From assembly GCA_965243395.1 (NCBI GenBank), contig CBDEUS010000001.1, positions 352,001 through 416,000 of the forward strand: DNA of 64,000 bases. Direction: 5' to 3'. The notes below the pieces were generated by a model, which had not been told where the DNA came from, made no database searches, and worked only from the letters and a program-made list of their open reading frames with translations. The DNA comes from Gammaproteobacteria bacterium. Its GTDB lineage: Bacteria > Pseudomonadota > Gammaproteobacteria > UBA4575. This document shows, in pieces, positions 1-10,158 of this stretch; the first letter of the stretch is position 1; the number at the start of each line of letters is the position of its first letter. The translations under genes were made by a program, and so were the position numbers.

Positions 1-24
1 TAAAGAAATACCCATTTACACAAG

Positions 25-1446
25 ATGTTTTATCAATTTGTATTAGGAGTATTTATATTGCTCACAGCTGTTTATTCAGCTGTGCATGCTTTAGTTTATA
101 AAAAAGATCCTAGAGCTGCGTTTGGTTGGATTGCAGTTTGTATTTTCTTGCCTTTGCTTGGGCCGTTTCTCTATTTCATATTTGGAATAAATCGTGTGCG
201 AAAACGTGCGCTTCGACTTAACATATCTGCACATCAAGAAGACACACATAAAGAACATAATGTAACGAGCGATGATTTTGACACTCAAATCCCTGAATCA
301 TTAAAAAGCCTTGAAAAAGTATCCAGTCGTGTAACCGGTCTACAATTAACAGGTGGTAATACGTTAGAAGAGTTTTATTCCGGTGAGCAAACTTATCACG
401 AGATGTTAGAAGCAATAAATTCTGCAAAAAAATTTATTTATTTGTGCATATACATTTTTAAAAAAGATAAAATAGGCAAACAGTTTATTGACGTACTAAT
501 TGCTGCAAAAAATCGAGGTGTAGATGTTTATGTATTGATTGATGGTATTGGTGAGTTTTATTCTTTTCGAAAAGTTCGGCGAACACTTGTAAAGAATGGT
601 GTAAAAGTATTGCGGTTTTTGCCACCTAAACTGATTCCTTTTAATTTAAGTATTAATTTGCGCAACCATCGCAAGTTGTTGGTAATAGATAGCAGTATAA
701 GTTTTATTGGTGGCATGAATATATCGCAAGATTATTATCAACACGATGAAAGTAGTAATCCGCCATTAACAGATATTCATTTCAAGGTTACTGGCCCCAT
801 AGTCAATCAGTTACAAAATGTATTTGAAATAGATTGGCAATTTATCGGAGGAGAGATCAATACAAATTCAGATATAGAAACATCAAGCTTTAAAAAACCA
901 GTGATATGTCGAACCATCATAGACGGTCCTGGGGAAAATTTAGATCATCTTTCAATTATTTTGTTAAGTGCAATTAATTCTGCACAGCAAACAATGATTT
1001 TGATGACGCCATATTTTCTGCCCAATCGAGCATTGATTGCAGCCATGCAAACTGCAGCATTGCGCGGAGTAAATGCTACTATTATTTTGCCTGAGCGGAG
1101 TAATTTAAGCTATGTGCATTGGGCAACTCGCCATATGCTTTGGGAATTGCTTATTAATGGCGTAAATGTTTTTTATCAGTCAGGTCCTTTTTCGCATTCG
1201 AAATTATTCGTAATTGATGGCGTATATAGTGTCATTGGATCTGCGAATATAGATCCTCGTAGCCTTAGATTGAATTATGAAGTAGGTCTGGAAGTTTATA
1301 ATGAAGAATTTGCAACTAAATTAAATAATCATGCTCAAAATATTTTGCAAAGCTGTAGAAGGGTGACGTTAGAAGAAGTAGATAGTCGGCCATTACCGAT
1401 AAAAATTCGTGATGGGGTAGCATGGTTATTTTCACCATACTTATAA
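25..1446 (+). CDS. cls: Cardiolipin synthase (phospholipase D family)
   Basis: Two HKD motifs (NHRKLLVID, HSKLFVID), GGMN and GSAN.D.RS motifs, two N-terminal TM helices. Confidence 0.9.
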   Translation: MFYQFVLGVFILLTAVYSAVHALVYKKDPRAAFGWIAVCIFLPLLGPFLYFIFGINRVRKRALRLNISAHQEDTHKEHNVTSDDFDTQIPESLKSLEKVSSRVTGLQLTGGNTLEEFYSGEQTYHEMLEAINSAKKFIYLCIYIFKKDKIGKQFIDVLIAAKNRGVDVYVLIDGIGEFYSFRKVRRTLVKNGVKVLRFLPPKLIPFNLSINLRNHRKLLVIDSSISFIGGMNISQDYYQHDESSNPPLTDIHFKVTGPIVNQLQNVFEIDWQFIGGEINTNSDIETSSFKKPVICRTIIDGPGENLDHLSIILLSAINSAQQTMILMTPYFLPNRALIAAMQTAALRGVNATIILPERSNLSYVHWATRHMLWELLINGVNVFYQSGPFSHSKLFVIDGVYSVIGSANIDPRSLRLNYEVGLEVYNEEFATKLNNHAQNILQSCRRVTLEEVDSRPLPIKIRDGVAWLFSPYL

Positions 1447-1466
1447 ATCAAATAGCTAATTAAACT

Positions 1467-2381
1467 TTGAAAAAGAAAACTAAAATTTCACTAGTATTGG
1501 GTAGTGGTGCTGCACGTGGCTTAGCGCATATTGGTGCAATTAATTGTTTGGAAGACAATAACTATCAAATTCAGTACATCTCGGGTTCTTCAATGGGTGC
1601 TTTAGTAGGTGGTATATATGCAGCCGGTGAATTAGACACCTATGTGAATTGGGTAAAGGAGCTGAAACGGAGAAACATTATTCGTCTATTGGATATTTCA
1701 TTTAATCGAAAATCATTATTCAAAGGTGAAAAGATAATTGAGGTACTTAACGAGATTATTAAAGATCGTAGAATAGAAGATTTACCCATTGGTTACACTG
1801 CAGTTGCAACAGATATTCTCGAGCAAAAAGAAATATGGCTTACCCAGGGATCACTATTTGAGGCTATTCGCGCCTCCATCGCGGTACCGATGATTTTTTC
1901 TCCGGTCCAGTATCAAGATAGAGTATTAGTTGATGGTGGCGTTATTAATCCCATACCCATTGCGCCTACATTGAATGATGATACTGAACTAACAGTAGCG
2001 ATCGGTCTTAATGGACCGCCAGAAATTTTCGAATCAGAGCACGAAGATGAACAGAATGAAAATCCTGAAGATCAAGGTAAAAATAAATATCAGCTAGGGA
2101 TTGAAAAGTTTATAGAAGGTTTATTGCCTAAGGTTACAAATGATAAGAGTAAACAGGATTTAGGTCTTTTTAATCTGGTGACCCAGTCTATGGATACCAT
2201 GCAAACATCTATTGCCCGCTTTAAACTTGCAGCCAATCGACCAGACATCGTAATCGAAATTCCTCGCAATATTTGTAGCTGGTTTGAGTTTGATCGAGCG
2301 GAGGAACTTATAGAATTTGGTTATGCCAGAACGTTTGATGGACTTAAACAGTTTGAAGAAATTCTAGAACGTAGGAAATAA
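1467..2381 (+). CDS. Patatin-like phospholipase/esterase (RssA/NTE family)
   Basis: Gly-rich GSGAARGLAHIG, nucleophile GSSMG, catalytic DGG; TTG start. Confidence 0.9.
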   Translation: MKKKTKISLVLGSGAARGLAHIGAINCLEDNNYQIQYISGSSMGALVGGIYAAGELDTYVNWVKELKRRNIIRLLDISFNRKSLFKGEKIIEVLNEIIKDRRIEDLPIGYTAVATDILEQKEIWLTQGSLFEAIRASIAVPMIFSPVQYQDRVLVDGGVINPIPIAPTLNDDTELTVAIGLNGPPEIFESEHEDEQNENPEDQGKNKYQLGIEKFIEGLLPKVTNDKSKQDLGLFNLVTQSMDTMQTSIARFKLAANRPDIVIEIPRNICSWFEFDRAEELIEFGYARTFDGLKQFEEILERRK

Positions 2382-2418
2382 GTCAACAAAACTATTTGTT
2401 GTTGGCCCTATATTAAAT

Positions 2419-2598
2419 TTAAGTTGTTTCGAGCAAAGGATCGTATTGACCTTCCGGGAGAAATTCAATTTTCCAGGCTAACCACGATTTATTGCTCACT
2501 AATAAACAACTTTCCTCATTCAAATGAGTAATTAAATATCGGTCATCCATCTGCTCCAAGCAGTCTTGATCAAACTTATATTTATTTTTAATGCTCAT
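2419..2598 (-). CDS. Putative small protein, 59 aa (MSIKNKYKFDQDCLEQ...QYDPLLETT)
   Basis: Read manually: ATG start, GGGA about 8 nt upstream, 59 open codons in AT-rich DNA; just under the ORF-track cutoff. Confidence 0.4.
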   Translation of the reverse strand: MSIKNKYKFDQDCLEQMDDRYLITHLNEESCLLVSNKSWLAWKIEFLPEGQYDPLLETT

Positions 2599-2869
2599 AA
2601 CACTAATCCCAACTATTTAGATGTATTAAGGTTAATTGAATAATATTTAATATATATGATGTATTAATTTAAATATTCAGATTTATCAGAATTAAATTAC
2701 CATTTATCTGTGAGTTAAAGTTTTATTTTAAAACAAAACGAGAACTATTCTTTATGGCAACAATTTGCCGCATGCACGGCTCATTAGGATTGTTTTATTT
2801 TGTTAATTTTTGGTTCAGATATGGACCAAGTTGTAATTGAAATAGTTTGAATATGTAAGTGAAAGTTTA

Positions 2870-2945
2870 TGGCTCCCCGGGACGGGCTCGAACCGCCGAC
2901 CTAGTGATTAACAGTCACCCGCTCTACCAACTGAGCTACCGGGGA
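2870..2945 (-). tRNA. tRNA-Asn (GTT)
   Basis: Reverse complement is TCCCCGGTAGCTCAGTTGGTAGAGCGGGTGACT-GTT-AATCACTAGGTCGGCGGTTCGAGCCCGTCCCGGGGAGCCA; 76 nt cloverleaf with encoded CCA. Confidence 0.97.
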
Positions 2946-2960
2946 ATAAGGAAGCGGCAG

Positions 2961-2989
2961 ATGGTATCGGCCGCGATCATAATGGTCAA
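2961..2989 (-). promoter_or_regulatory. Sigma70 promoter of tRNA-Asn
   Basis: TTGACC-17 nt-TACCAT followed by GC-rich discriminator CTGCCGC on the minus strand. Confidence 0.75.
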
Positions 2990-3306
2990 CATGGATTAGG
3001 TAGTATGACTTATCTTTCATATTATAAGGCCATTTGCTGGCATTGTTTCTAATCTCCGTAATAAGCAGACTTTTTTGAGCAACGTCCCGTTTTAGGGCAT
3101 TTTTTACCGAGATCCAAATGGTTTCGTTTATCGGCATTAGATACACCTTTGGTTTTTTGCGCTAAAACTGCCTCTCAGGTCATCAGTCCTATAGTACCAA
3201 TAAGCGGCAACCATAGTCCGTAGGTCTTTGATCGTTCTATAAATATTCCTCAATTCACGGTTTATGCCGTGATTGTCTATTGTGTGAATACAAGGAGTGA
3301 CACAAA

Positions 3307-3687
3307 GTGAGTAACGTAACGCTATTTGACTATAGTGGCCATCAAATACGGGTCGTCAAGGATGAGGCCGGTGTAGCATGGTTTGTTGCGGCAGATATTT
3401 GTAGATGCTTAGGGTTAGCAATCAACAAACGAACCGGCAAGCCGAATGTGACAGTAGCAACTCGAAATTTAGGTGATGATCAAAAACGTAAATATCGAAT
3501 TGATACACCAGAGAATCCTAAAAATCCGTGGATTGATATGATGATTTTATCTGAAGATGGTATGTATAAAATGCTACGCATCTCGGATAGCTTAGACGTG
3601 CAACGATTTAAGCAGCATGTACAGCGTGAAGTAATGCCCCAATTTACTAACGGCGCATCAACCACAATGTACGCCAGCCAAGGTTAA
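3307..3687 (+). CDS. Bro-N domain protein (phage antirepressor-like DNA-binding domain), stand-alone
   Basis: FDYSGHQIRVV..WFVAADICRCLG..ILSEDGMYKM..RFKQHVQREVMP matches the Bro-N pattern; AAGGAG RBS before GTG. Confidence 0.85.
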   Translation: MSNVTLFDYSGHQIRVVKDEAGVAWFVAADICRCLGLAINKRTGKPNVTVATRNLGDDQKRKYRIDTPENPKNPWIDMMILSEDGMYKMLRISDSLDVQRFKQHVQREVMPQFTNGASTTMYASQG

Positions 3688-3695
3688 ATTACATT

Positions 3696-3721
3696 CCAAC
3701 GTTTGGCATTCCAAACGTTGG
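3696..3721. terminator. Inverted repeat between the convergent Bro-N and aminotransferase genes; likely terminator
   Basis: CCAACGTTTGG-CATT-CCAAACGTTGG, a perfect 11-bp stem; U-tracts are weak. Confidence 0.55.
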
Positions 3722-3738
3722 CAATACCTTTTAATAGT

Positions 3739-4917
3739 CTACAAATCACCCAAGCGAGCCATCGCTTGTTCTAATACATCCATACTGGTGGCATAAGAAA
3801 AACGAATATGCCCCGGTGATCCAAATGCAGTACCAGGCACTCCGGCAATACCCGCTGCATTCAATAAGTGTTCAGCAAATTCAACATCGTTAGAAGTTTC
3901 ATTCGTGCGGTCTATTAAACCCTGAACATTAGGGAAGCAATAAAACGTGCCATCACACTGCAAACAACTTACACCATCAATATCGTTAAGTGCCTTAACA
4001 ATATAATCATGGCGTTCTTCAAAAGCTTTACACATCGTTGCAACACAATCTTGGTTACCGGTTAAAGCGGCTTCCGCTGCGGCTTGAGAAATCGAGCTAG
4101 GATTGGATGTACTTTGGGATTGTATTTTAGTCATGGCTTTTATGACGTCTACAGGTCCTGCCGCATAACCTATTCGCCATCCCGTCATAGAGTACACTTT
4201 TGAAACGCCATTTAGAATAATTGTGCGATCTTTTAGTGAAGGAGTTGTGTTTAATATATTTACAAACTTTTGTCCTCCAAACATGATGTGCTCATAAATG
4301 TCGTCCGTGACAACAACTATATCTTTATGTTGTTCCAATACTTTTCCAATTTCGCTCAACTCATCTTTTGTATAAGCAATACCCGATGGATTCGATGGGC
4401 TGTTCATAACAAACAATTTGCTTTTGGGAGTAATATGTTTTTCTAAATCCGCTGCAGTGATTTTGCACCGATGCTCAACATCACTTGGGATGATTACCGG
4501 CTCGCCACCCGCAAGTAATGCCATATCCGGATAAGATACCCAGTACGGAGCTGGAATTAATACCTCGTCACCTTCATTTAATATGGCTTGGCACAAGTTA
4601 TAAAACACTTGCTTGCCGCCGTTGGAAACCATAACTTCATCACGGCTATATTCAAGAGCATTATCTCGGGAGAATTTTTCTATAACCGCATCTTTTAAAG
4701 AGAGTGTTCCAGGTACAGGTGTGTACTTTGTTTTCCCTTCTTGCATGGCCTTTTGTGCCGCAGCTTTAATGTGCTCGGGTGTATCGAAATCAGGCTCACC
4801 ACCGGCTAAATTGAGAATGTCTCCACCTTCAGCACGGATTTGATTCGCACGTGCAGTTATCGCTAAAGTGACGGATGGTTGTATACGAGATACACGATTG
4901 GCTAATGGGCTGCTCAC
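3739..4917 (-). CDS. Class I PLP-dependent (aspartate) aminotransferase
   Basis: GEPDFDTP, NSPSNPSG, DDIY, SKVYSMTGWRIG (PLP lysine). Confidence 0.92.
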   Translation of the reverse strand: MSSPLANRVSRIQPSVTLAITARANQIRAEGGDILNLAGGEPDFDTPEHIKAAAQKAMQEGKTKYTPVPGTLSLKDAVIEKFSRDNALEYSRDEVMVSNGGKQVFYNLCQAILNEGDEVLIPAPYWVSYPDMALLAGGEPVIIPSDVEHRCKITAADLEKHITPKSKLFVMNSPSNPSGIAYTKDELSEIGKVLEQHKDIVVVTDDIYEHIMFGGQKFVNILNTTPSLKDRTIILNGVSKVYSMTGWRIGYAAGPVDVIKAMTKIQSQSTSNPSSISQAAAEAALTGNQDCVATMCKAFEERHDYIVKALNDIDGVSCLQCDGTFYCFPNVQGLIDRTNETSNDVEFAEHLLNAAGIAGVPGTAFGSPGHIRFSYATSMDVLEQAMARLGDL

Positions 4918-5041
4918 GAAAGTTCCTAATATATGTTGGGTGTGTATAGTTTAATCGAGCAACACTTTACAGGCAGCAAGTATCTTAGGTGAACTTTCAA
5001 AAAGAGATAAGTCTATATATGTTTAAAATTTCATCATATCT

Positions 5042-7075
5042 ATGAGCGATCAGTTTCAACTAAATACCAAATTTGACCCAGCTGGGGATCAACCGGAGGC
5101 GATTTCTACCCTGGTGGAAGGCCTGAATGATGGCCTGGCGCATCAAACCCTTTTGGGAGTAACCGGATCAGGAAAGACTTTCACGATTGCGAACGTTGTG
5201 CAGCAAGTGCAACGCCCCACCATCATACTGGCTCCAAACAAAACGTTGGCAGCTCAACTTTACGGTGAGATGAAAGAGTTTTTTCCCAAAAATGCTGTCG
5301 AGTATTTTGTTTCTTATTATGACTATTACCAACCAGAAGCCTATGTGCCTTCCAGTGATACATTTATAGAAAAAGATGCATCGGTAAACGACCACATCGA
5401 GCAAATGCGGCTTTCAGCAACTAAAGCTTTGTTTGAAAGACCGGACACAATCATCGTCGCGACCGTATCCGCAATTTACGGACTAGGTGATCCAAAAGCC
5501 TATCTAGGTATGGTCATGCATTTAGACCGCGGTGACCGTGTTGATCAGCGCAAGTTACTGCGAAGACTGGCGGAATTGCAATACAGTCGCAATGACTTTG
5601 AATTACGTCGCGGTACTTTTCGAGTGCATGGCGAAGTGATTGATGTGCATCCGGCGGAATCCGAGCGTGAAGGGATTCGTATCGAGTTGTTCGATGATGA
5701 AATCGAAAACTTAAGCTACTTTGATCCGCTAACAGGTGAGTTGATTCGTAAAGTTCCACGTTTGACGATTTATCCCAAAACACACTATGTCACTCCGCGC
5801 GAAATATTGTTGAATGCCATAGAACAAATTAAAGAAGAACTTAAAGATCGTTTGCAGATATTGCGTGATGCAAATCGCTTAGTTGAAGAACAACGCTTGG
5901 AACAGCGCACGCGATTTGATTTGGAAATGATTCAGGAAATTGGTTATTGCGCAGGTATTGAAAATTATTCCCGTTATCTATCAGGACGTGCAGCGGGCGA
6001 ACCACCTCCATGCTTACTGGATTATCTGCCTGACAATGCCTTAATGGTAATGGATGAAAGCCACGTATCGGTTCCCCAGTTTGGTGGAATGTACAAAGGC
6101 GATCGCTCTCGAAAAGAAACACTGGTGGAGTATGGTTTTCGTTTACCTTCGGCTCTAGATAATCGTCCTCTAAAGTTTGAAGAATTTGAAGATTTAGCCC
6201 CGCAAATGATTTATGTCTCAGCAACACCCGGTCCTTATGAAGCTGAAAAGTCGGATGCAGTTGCGGAACAAGTTGTTCGCCCTACGGGTTTGGTTGATCC
6301 CGAAATCGAAGTGCGTCCAGCGGTGTCTCAAGTTGATGACGTGCTATCCGAGATTACAGAAAGAGTTCAAAAAGATGAGCGAATACTCATTACAACGCTC
6401 ACCAAACGAATGGCAGAAGACTTAACCGAGTATTTAGATGAACATGGTGTTCGCGTTCGTTATTTGCATTCTGATATTGATACGGTAGAGCGTGTAGAAA
6501 TTATTCGAAGTCTACGTAAAGGCGATTTTGATGTTTTAGTTGGTATTAATCTATTGCGAGAAGGGTTAGATATCCCAGAAGTTTCATTAGTTGCGATTCT
6601 GGATGCGGATAAAGAAGGGTTCTTGCGTTCGGAGCGTTCACTCATTCAAACAGTCGGTCGTGCGGCAAGACATTTAAACGGCAAGGCGTTGATGTATGCT
6701 GATGATTTAACGGGATCAATGAAGCGGGCGATAGAAGAAACCAATCGTCGTCGTGATAAGCAACTAGCTTTTAATGAAAAGCATGGCATCACACCAAAAG
6801 GAATAAAAAAGAAAGTCTCTGACATCATGGAGGGTGCGCATAAAATGCCTTATGAGTTGGTTGGTAAGCGTGAGAAACTTTCAAAAGTAGCTGAAGAAAT
6901 AATCCAGTATTCACGCACCAGTCCAGAACATGGAATGAAAAAAGTCAAACAGCTCGAACAAAAGATGTATGAGCATGCAAAAAATTTGGAGTTTGAAGAA
7001 GCGGCAAAAATGCGTGATGAAATCGTAAGATTGAAAGATATTATTTTAGGCAAGCCAGAAACTAAGGCGGGTTAA
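5042..7075 (+). CDS. uvrB: Excinuclease ABC subunit B
   Basis: GVTGSGKT Walker [11 protein letters not shown] beta-hairpin, DESH, C-terminal UVR domain ([11 protein letters not shown]). Confidence 0.98.
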   Translation: MSDQFQLNTKFDPAGDQPEAISTLVEGLNDGLAHQTLLGVTGSGKTFTIANVVQQVQRPTIILAPNKTLAAQLYGEMKEFFPKNAVEYFVSYYDYYQPEAYVPSSDTFIEKDASVNDHIEQMRLSATKALFERPDTIIVATVSAIYGLGDPKAYLGMVMHLDRGDRVDQRKLLRRLAELQYSRNDFELRRGTFRVHGEVIDVHPAESEREGIRIELFDDEIENLSYFDPLTGELIRKVPRLTIYPKTHYVTPREILLNAIEQIKEELKDRLQILRDANRLVEEQRLEQRTRFDLEMIQEIGYCAGIENYSRYLSGRAAGEPPPCLLDYLPDNALMVMDESHVSVPQFGGMYKGDRSRKETLVEYGFRLPSALDNRPLKFEEFEDLAPQMIYVSATPGPYEAEKSDAVAEQVVRPTGLVDPEIEVRPAVSQVDDVLSEITERVQKDERILITTLTKRMAEDLTEYLDEHGVRVRYLHSDIDTVERVEIIRSLRKGDFDVLVGINLLREGLDIPEVSLVAILDADKEGFLRSERSLIQTVGRAARHLNGKALMYADDLTGSMKRAIEETNRRRDKQLAFNEKHGITPKGIKKKVSDIMEGAHKMPYELVGKREKLSKVAEEIIQYSRTSPEHGMKKVKQLEQKMYEHAKNLEFEEAAKMRDEIVRLKDIILGKPETKAG

Positions 7076-7079
7076 TGAG

Positions 7080-7134
7080 CGCAGGGATGTGGGTACATGG
7101 ATGTACGAATAAGAGACGCGTCATGGATGGCGCG
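7080..7134 (+). repeat. Three tandem hairpins with CA(T/G)GGATG cores (CsrA/RsmA-site-like or REP-like)
   Basis: CGCA-GGGA-TGTG (7080-7091), GTACA-TGGA-TGTAC (7093-7106), CGCGTCA-TGGA-TGGCGCG (7117-7134). Confidence 0.7.
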
Positions 7135-7257
7135 AACAGATTAGAGTTAGGTGTTTTACAAATAACTTCGATACTAAAAGTCAGCACATCACTTTATATG
7201 TACTATTAGTGAGCTATATGTTTTACGTGCATTATGATACTTTCGTGCATTGTAAGT

Positions 7258-7334
<77 letters not shown>

Positions 7335-7400
7335 GACTTGCAGTTGGCTATTACCTGCAAATAAAATAGCGAAGCTATTCAATAGTAATTTATTAATCAT

Positions 7401-7421
7401 GCGGCTTTTGGTATGAGTCGC
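7401..7421 (+). promoter_or_regulatory. thrS translational operator hairpin (tRNA-Thr anticodon mimic)
   Basis: GCGGCTT-TTGGTAT-GAGTCGC: 7-bp stem and 7-nt loop with central GGT, just 5' of the SD. Confidence 0.65.
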
Positions 7422-7439
7422 CACTGAAAAGGAAAAATT

Positions 7440-9350
7440 ATGCCTACCATTACTCTTCCCGACGGAACTCAAAAACAATTTGATCACCCTGTCACTATCC
7501 AACAAGTTGCAGAATCAATAGGGCCTGGTTTAGCGAAAGCAACCATTGCAGGGCGAATTGATGGTGAGCTAGCTGATGCCTGTGTCGAAATTGATAACGA
7601 TGCAAATGTAGAAATAGTTACCAATAAAGATCAAGACGGTGTCGATATTATTCGTCACTCGTTTGCACATTTAATGGGACATGCGATTAAGCAACTTTAT
7701 CCCACCGCGAAAATGGCGATCGGTCCGGTGATCGAAAACGGCTTTTATTATGACATTGAATTTGAGCGGGCATTTACCCCTGAAGATTTGGAAGCCATCG
7801 AAAAGCGCATGGGTGAATTAATTAAAAAAGATTACGACGTGATTCGTAAAGTTGTATCACGCGATGAAGCCGTAGCAGCATTTAAAGAGCGTAACGAAGA
7901 TTACAAAGTAGAAATTGCTTCGGAAATACCAGATGGTGAAATCATCGCGTTGTATCACCACGAAGAATACACCGACATGTGTCGAGGACCGCACGTACCA
8001 AATACTAAACATTTGCGTGCATTTAAATTAACAAAACTTGCGGGTGCGTATTGGCGTGGTGATTCTAATAATAAGATGCTGCAACGCATATATGGCACTG
8101 CTTGGGCAGACAAGAAACAACTTAAACAATATTTAACGCAACTTGAAGAAGCTGAAAAACGTGATCATCGAAAGCTTGGGCGACAAATGGATTTGTTTCA
8201 CTTTCAAGAAGAAGCCCCCGGTATGGTGTTTTGGCATGATCGAGGATTCAAGCTTTATACGCTTGTTGAAACTTATTTACGTGAAAAAATTCGCGAACAT
8301 GGTTATCAAGAAGTACTTACTCCACAAATTTTAGATCGTAAGCTTTGGGAAAAGTCAGGTCACTGGGACAAATTTGGCGACATGATTTTTGCTACGCAAT
8401 CTGAGAATCGGGAATATGCAATAAAACCCATGAATTGTCCCGGACATGTGCAAATTTATAATCAAGGTTTAAAAAGTTATCGGGATTTGCCTTACAAGAT
8501 TTCCGAATTTGGTTTGGTGCATCGTAATGAGCCGTCCGGTACTTTGCATGGTTTAATGCGCGGTCGGCGTTTTGTTCAAGATGACGCACATGTTTTTTGT
8601 ACACGCGAACAATTACAAAATGAAATAGCTGAGCTCATCCAATTGACATTCGATGTATACAAAGAGTTTGGTTTCGAGAATATTGAGCTTGCTTTGTCTA
8701 CCCGACCTGAAAAACGAGTGGGGGCAGATGAATTATGGGATGAAGCCGAATTGGCTCTTGAGCAAGCATTTAAGAATCAGAACTTGGATTATAAATTGCA
8801 GCCTGGTGAAGGTGCTTTTTACGGGCCCAAAATAGAGTTTACATTGCGGGATTGCATTGGCAGGGCCTGGCAATGTGGCACCATCCAAGTGGATTTCTCC
8901 ATGCCGGGACGTTTGGATGCCACCTATGTCGCAGAGGATGGTTCCAAGCAGGTGCCGGTGATGATCCATCGTGCCATATTGGGATCTTTAGAGCGTTTCA
9001 TTGGAATTTTGATAGAGAATTATGCGGGAGATTTACCGTTCTGGTTGGCCCCTATTCAAGCGGTCATTATGAATATTACGGATAAACACAGTGATTATGT
9101 GCTCGAAGCGCAAGAAATGCTTAAAAATCAAGGGTTCAGGGTTATTTCTGACTTGAGAAATGAGAAGATTGGATTTAAGATTCGCGAGCACACGATTACC
9201 CATATACCTTATATGTTGGTGGCAGGTGATCGTGAAGTCGAAGCGAATCAGCTGGCCGTTCGTACGCGTAGTGGTGAAGATCTTGGCTCGATGGATATGA
9301 GTGCTATCGTGCAAAAATTTTCCGAGGAGAACGCGAACCGCGGCCTTTAA
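7440..9350 (+). CDS. thrS: Threonyl-tRNA synthetase
   Basis: TGS domain, RHSFAH editing motif, KPMNCPGH, class II motifs. Confidence 0.98.
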   Translation: MPTITLPDGTQKQFDHPVTIQQVAESIGPGLAKATIAGRIDGELADACVEIDNDANVEIVTNKDQDGVDIIRHSFAHLMGHAIKQLYPTAKMAIGPVIENGFYYDIEFERAFTPEDLEAIEKRMGELIKKDYDVIRKVVSRDEAVAAFKERNEDYKVEIASEIPDGEIIALYHHEEYTDMCRGPHVPNTKHLRAFKLTKLAGAYWRGDSNNKMLQRIYGTAWADKKQLKQYLTQLEEAEKRDHRKLGRQMDLFHFQEEAPGMVFWHDRGFKLYTLVETYLREKIREHGYQEVLTPQILDRKLWEKSGHWDKFGDMIFATQSENREYAIKPMNCPGHVQIYNQGLKSYRDLPYKISEFGLVHRNEPSGTLHGLMRGRRFVQDDAHVFCTREQLQNEIAELIQLTFDVYKEFGFENIELALSTRPEKRVGADELWDEAELALEQAFKNQNLDYKLQPGEGAFYGPKIEFTLRDCIGRAWQCGTIQVDFSMPGRLDATYVAEDGSKQVPVMIHRAILGSLERFIGILIENYAGDLPFWLAPIQAVIMNITDKHSDYVLEAQEMLKNQGFRVISDLRNEKIGFKIREHTITHIPYMLVAGDREVEANQLAVRTRSGEDLGSMDMSAIVQKFSEENANRGL

Positions 9351-9370
9351 TGTTTTTGGAGGGTTAGAAT

Positions 9371-9892
9371 ATCAGCGCAGCGAAAGAGAATCGTTTAAAT
9401 GAAGAAATAACGGATCATGAAGTCCGCTTGATTGGGAGTGATGGCGAAAATGTTGGTGTAGTGGCAATTGATGAAGCTCAACAAATTGCTATAGACGCCG
9501 ATTTAGATTTAGTTGAAATTGTGCCAAATGCGAAACCACCTGTTTGCAGGGTGATGGATTACGGCAAATTTAAATTTGAACAAAGTAAAAAAGCGCACGC
9601 TGCGAAAAAGAAACAAAAGCTAATCCATGTAAAAGAAATTAAATTTCGGCCTGGTACGGAAGAGGGTGATTACCAAACCAAGCTAAAAAAGTTAGTTGAG
9701 TTTTTAACAAACGGGGATAAAACAAAAGTAACGATTCGATTTAGAGGTAGAGAAATGATGCACCAGGAACTTGGTGTGAGGCTTTTAGATCGAATTGAGG
9801 ATGATTTGAGCGAATATGGTGAAGTTGAACAGCGTCCAAAGTTAGAAGGGCGACAATTAGTAATGGTGTTTGCACCATTAAGGAAAAAGTAA
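9371..9892 (+). CDS. infC: Translation initiation factor IF-3 (non-canonical ATC start)
   Basis: The frame extends upstream of the track's TTG ([22 protein letters not shown]); GGAGG SD lies 8 nt before ATC at 9371; [11 protein letters not shown] and KEIKFRP motifs. Confidence 0.95.
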   Translation: MSAAKENRLNEEITDHEVRLIGSDGENVGVVAIDEAQQIAIDADLDLVEIVPNAKPPVCRVMDYGKFKFEQSKKAHAAKKKQKLIHVKEIKFRPGTEEGDYQTKLKKLVEFLTNGDKTKVTIRFRGREMMHQELGVRLLDRIEDDLSEYGEVEQRPKLEGRQLVMVFAPLRKK

Positions 9893-9923
9893 AAAATTTA
9901 TTTAAATTAAGCGAATTAAGAAC

Positions 9924-10121
9924 ATGCCTAAATTAAAAACAAATAGAGGTGCTGCAAAGCGTTTTAAGAAAACTGCTAAAGGCGGTTTTAAGCGAACTCA
10001 ATCACATTTGCGCCACATTCTTACTAAGAAAAGCACTAAAAGGAAAAGACACTTGCGCAGTAGCTCAATGATTGCTGAGGCGGATGTAAAAGCTGTAAAG
10101 CAAATGTTGCCTTATGCTTGA
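9924..10121 (+). CDS. rpmI: 50S ribosomal protein L35
   Basis: [23 protein letters not shown]; operon position. Confidence 0.98.
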   Translation: MPKLKTNRGAAKRFKKTAKGGFKRTQSHLRHILTKKSTKRKRHLRSSSMIAEADVKAVKQMLPYA

Positions 10122-10158
10122 TAGATAACCTATAACGTTAGTATTAGAGAGAAGATAA

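Noticed and set aside
2901-3146. 81-aa minus-strand ORF
   Set aside because: It runs through the tRNA-Asn promoter and the tRNA itself; a spurious frame
2382-3738. Prophage or genomic island at tRNA-Asn
   Set aside because: No integrase, att duplication or second phage gene; only the Bro-N ORF
4918-5041. LexA (SOS) box upstream of uvrB
   Set aside because: No CTGT-N8-ACAG match is visible in the intergenic region
7076-7140. Mini CRISPR array
   Set aside because: The repeats share only an 8-nt core, spacing is short and irregular, and there are no cas genes
7222-7251. Direct repeat CGTGCATT twice upstream of tRNA-Val
   Set aside because: Short, overlaps the probable tRNA promoter, and has no further support
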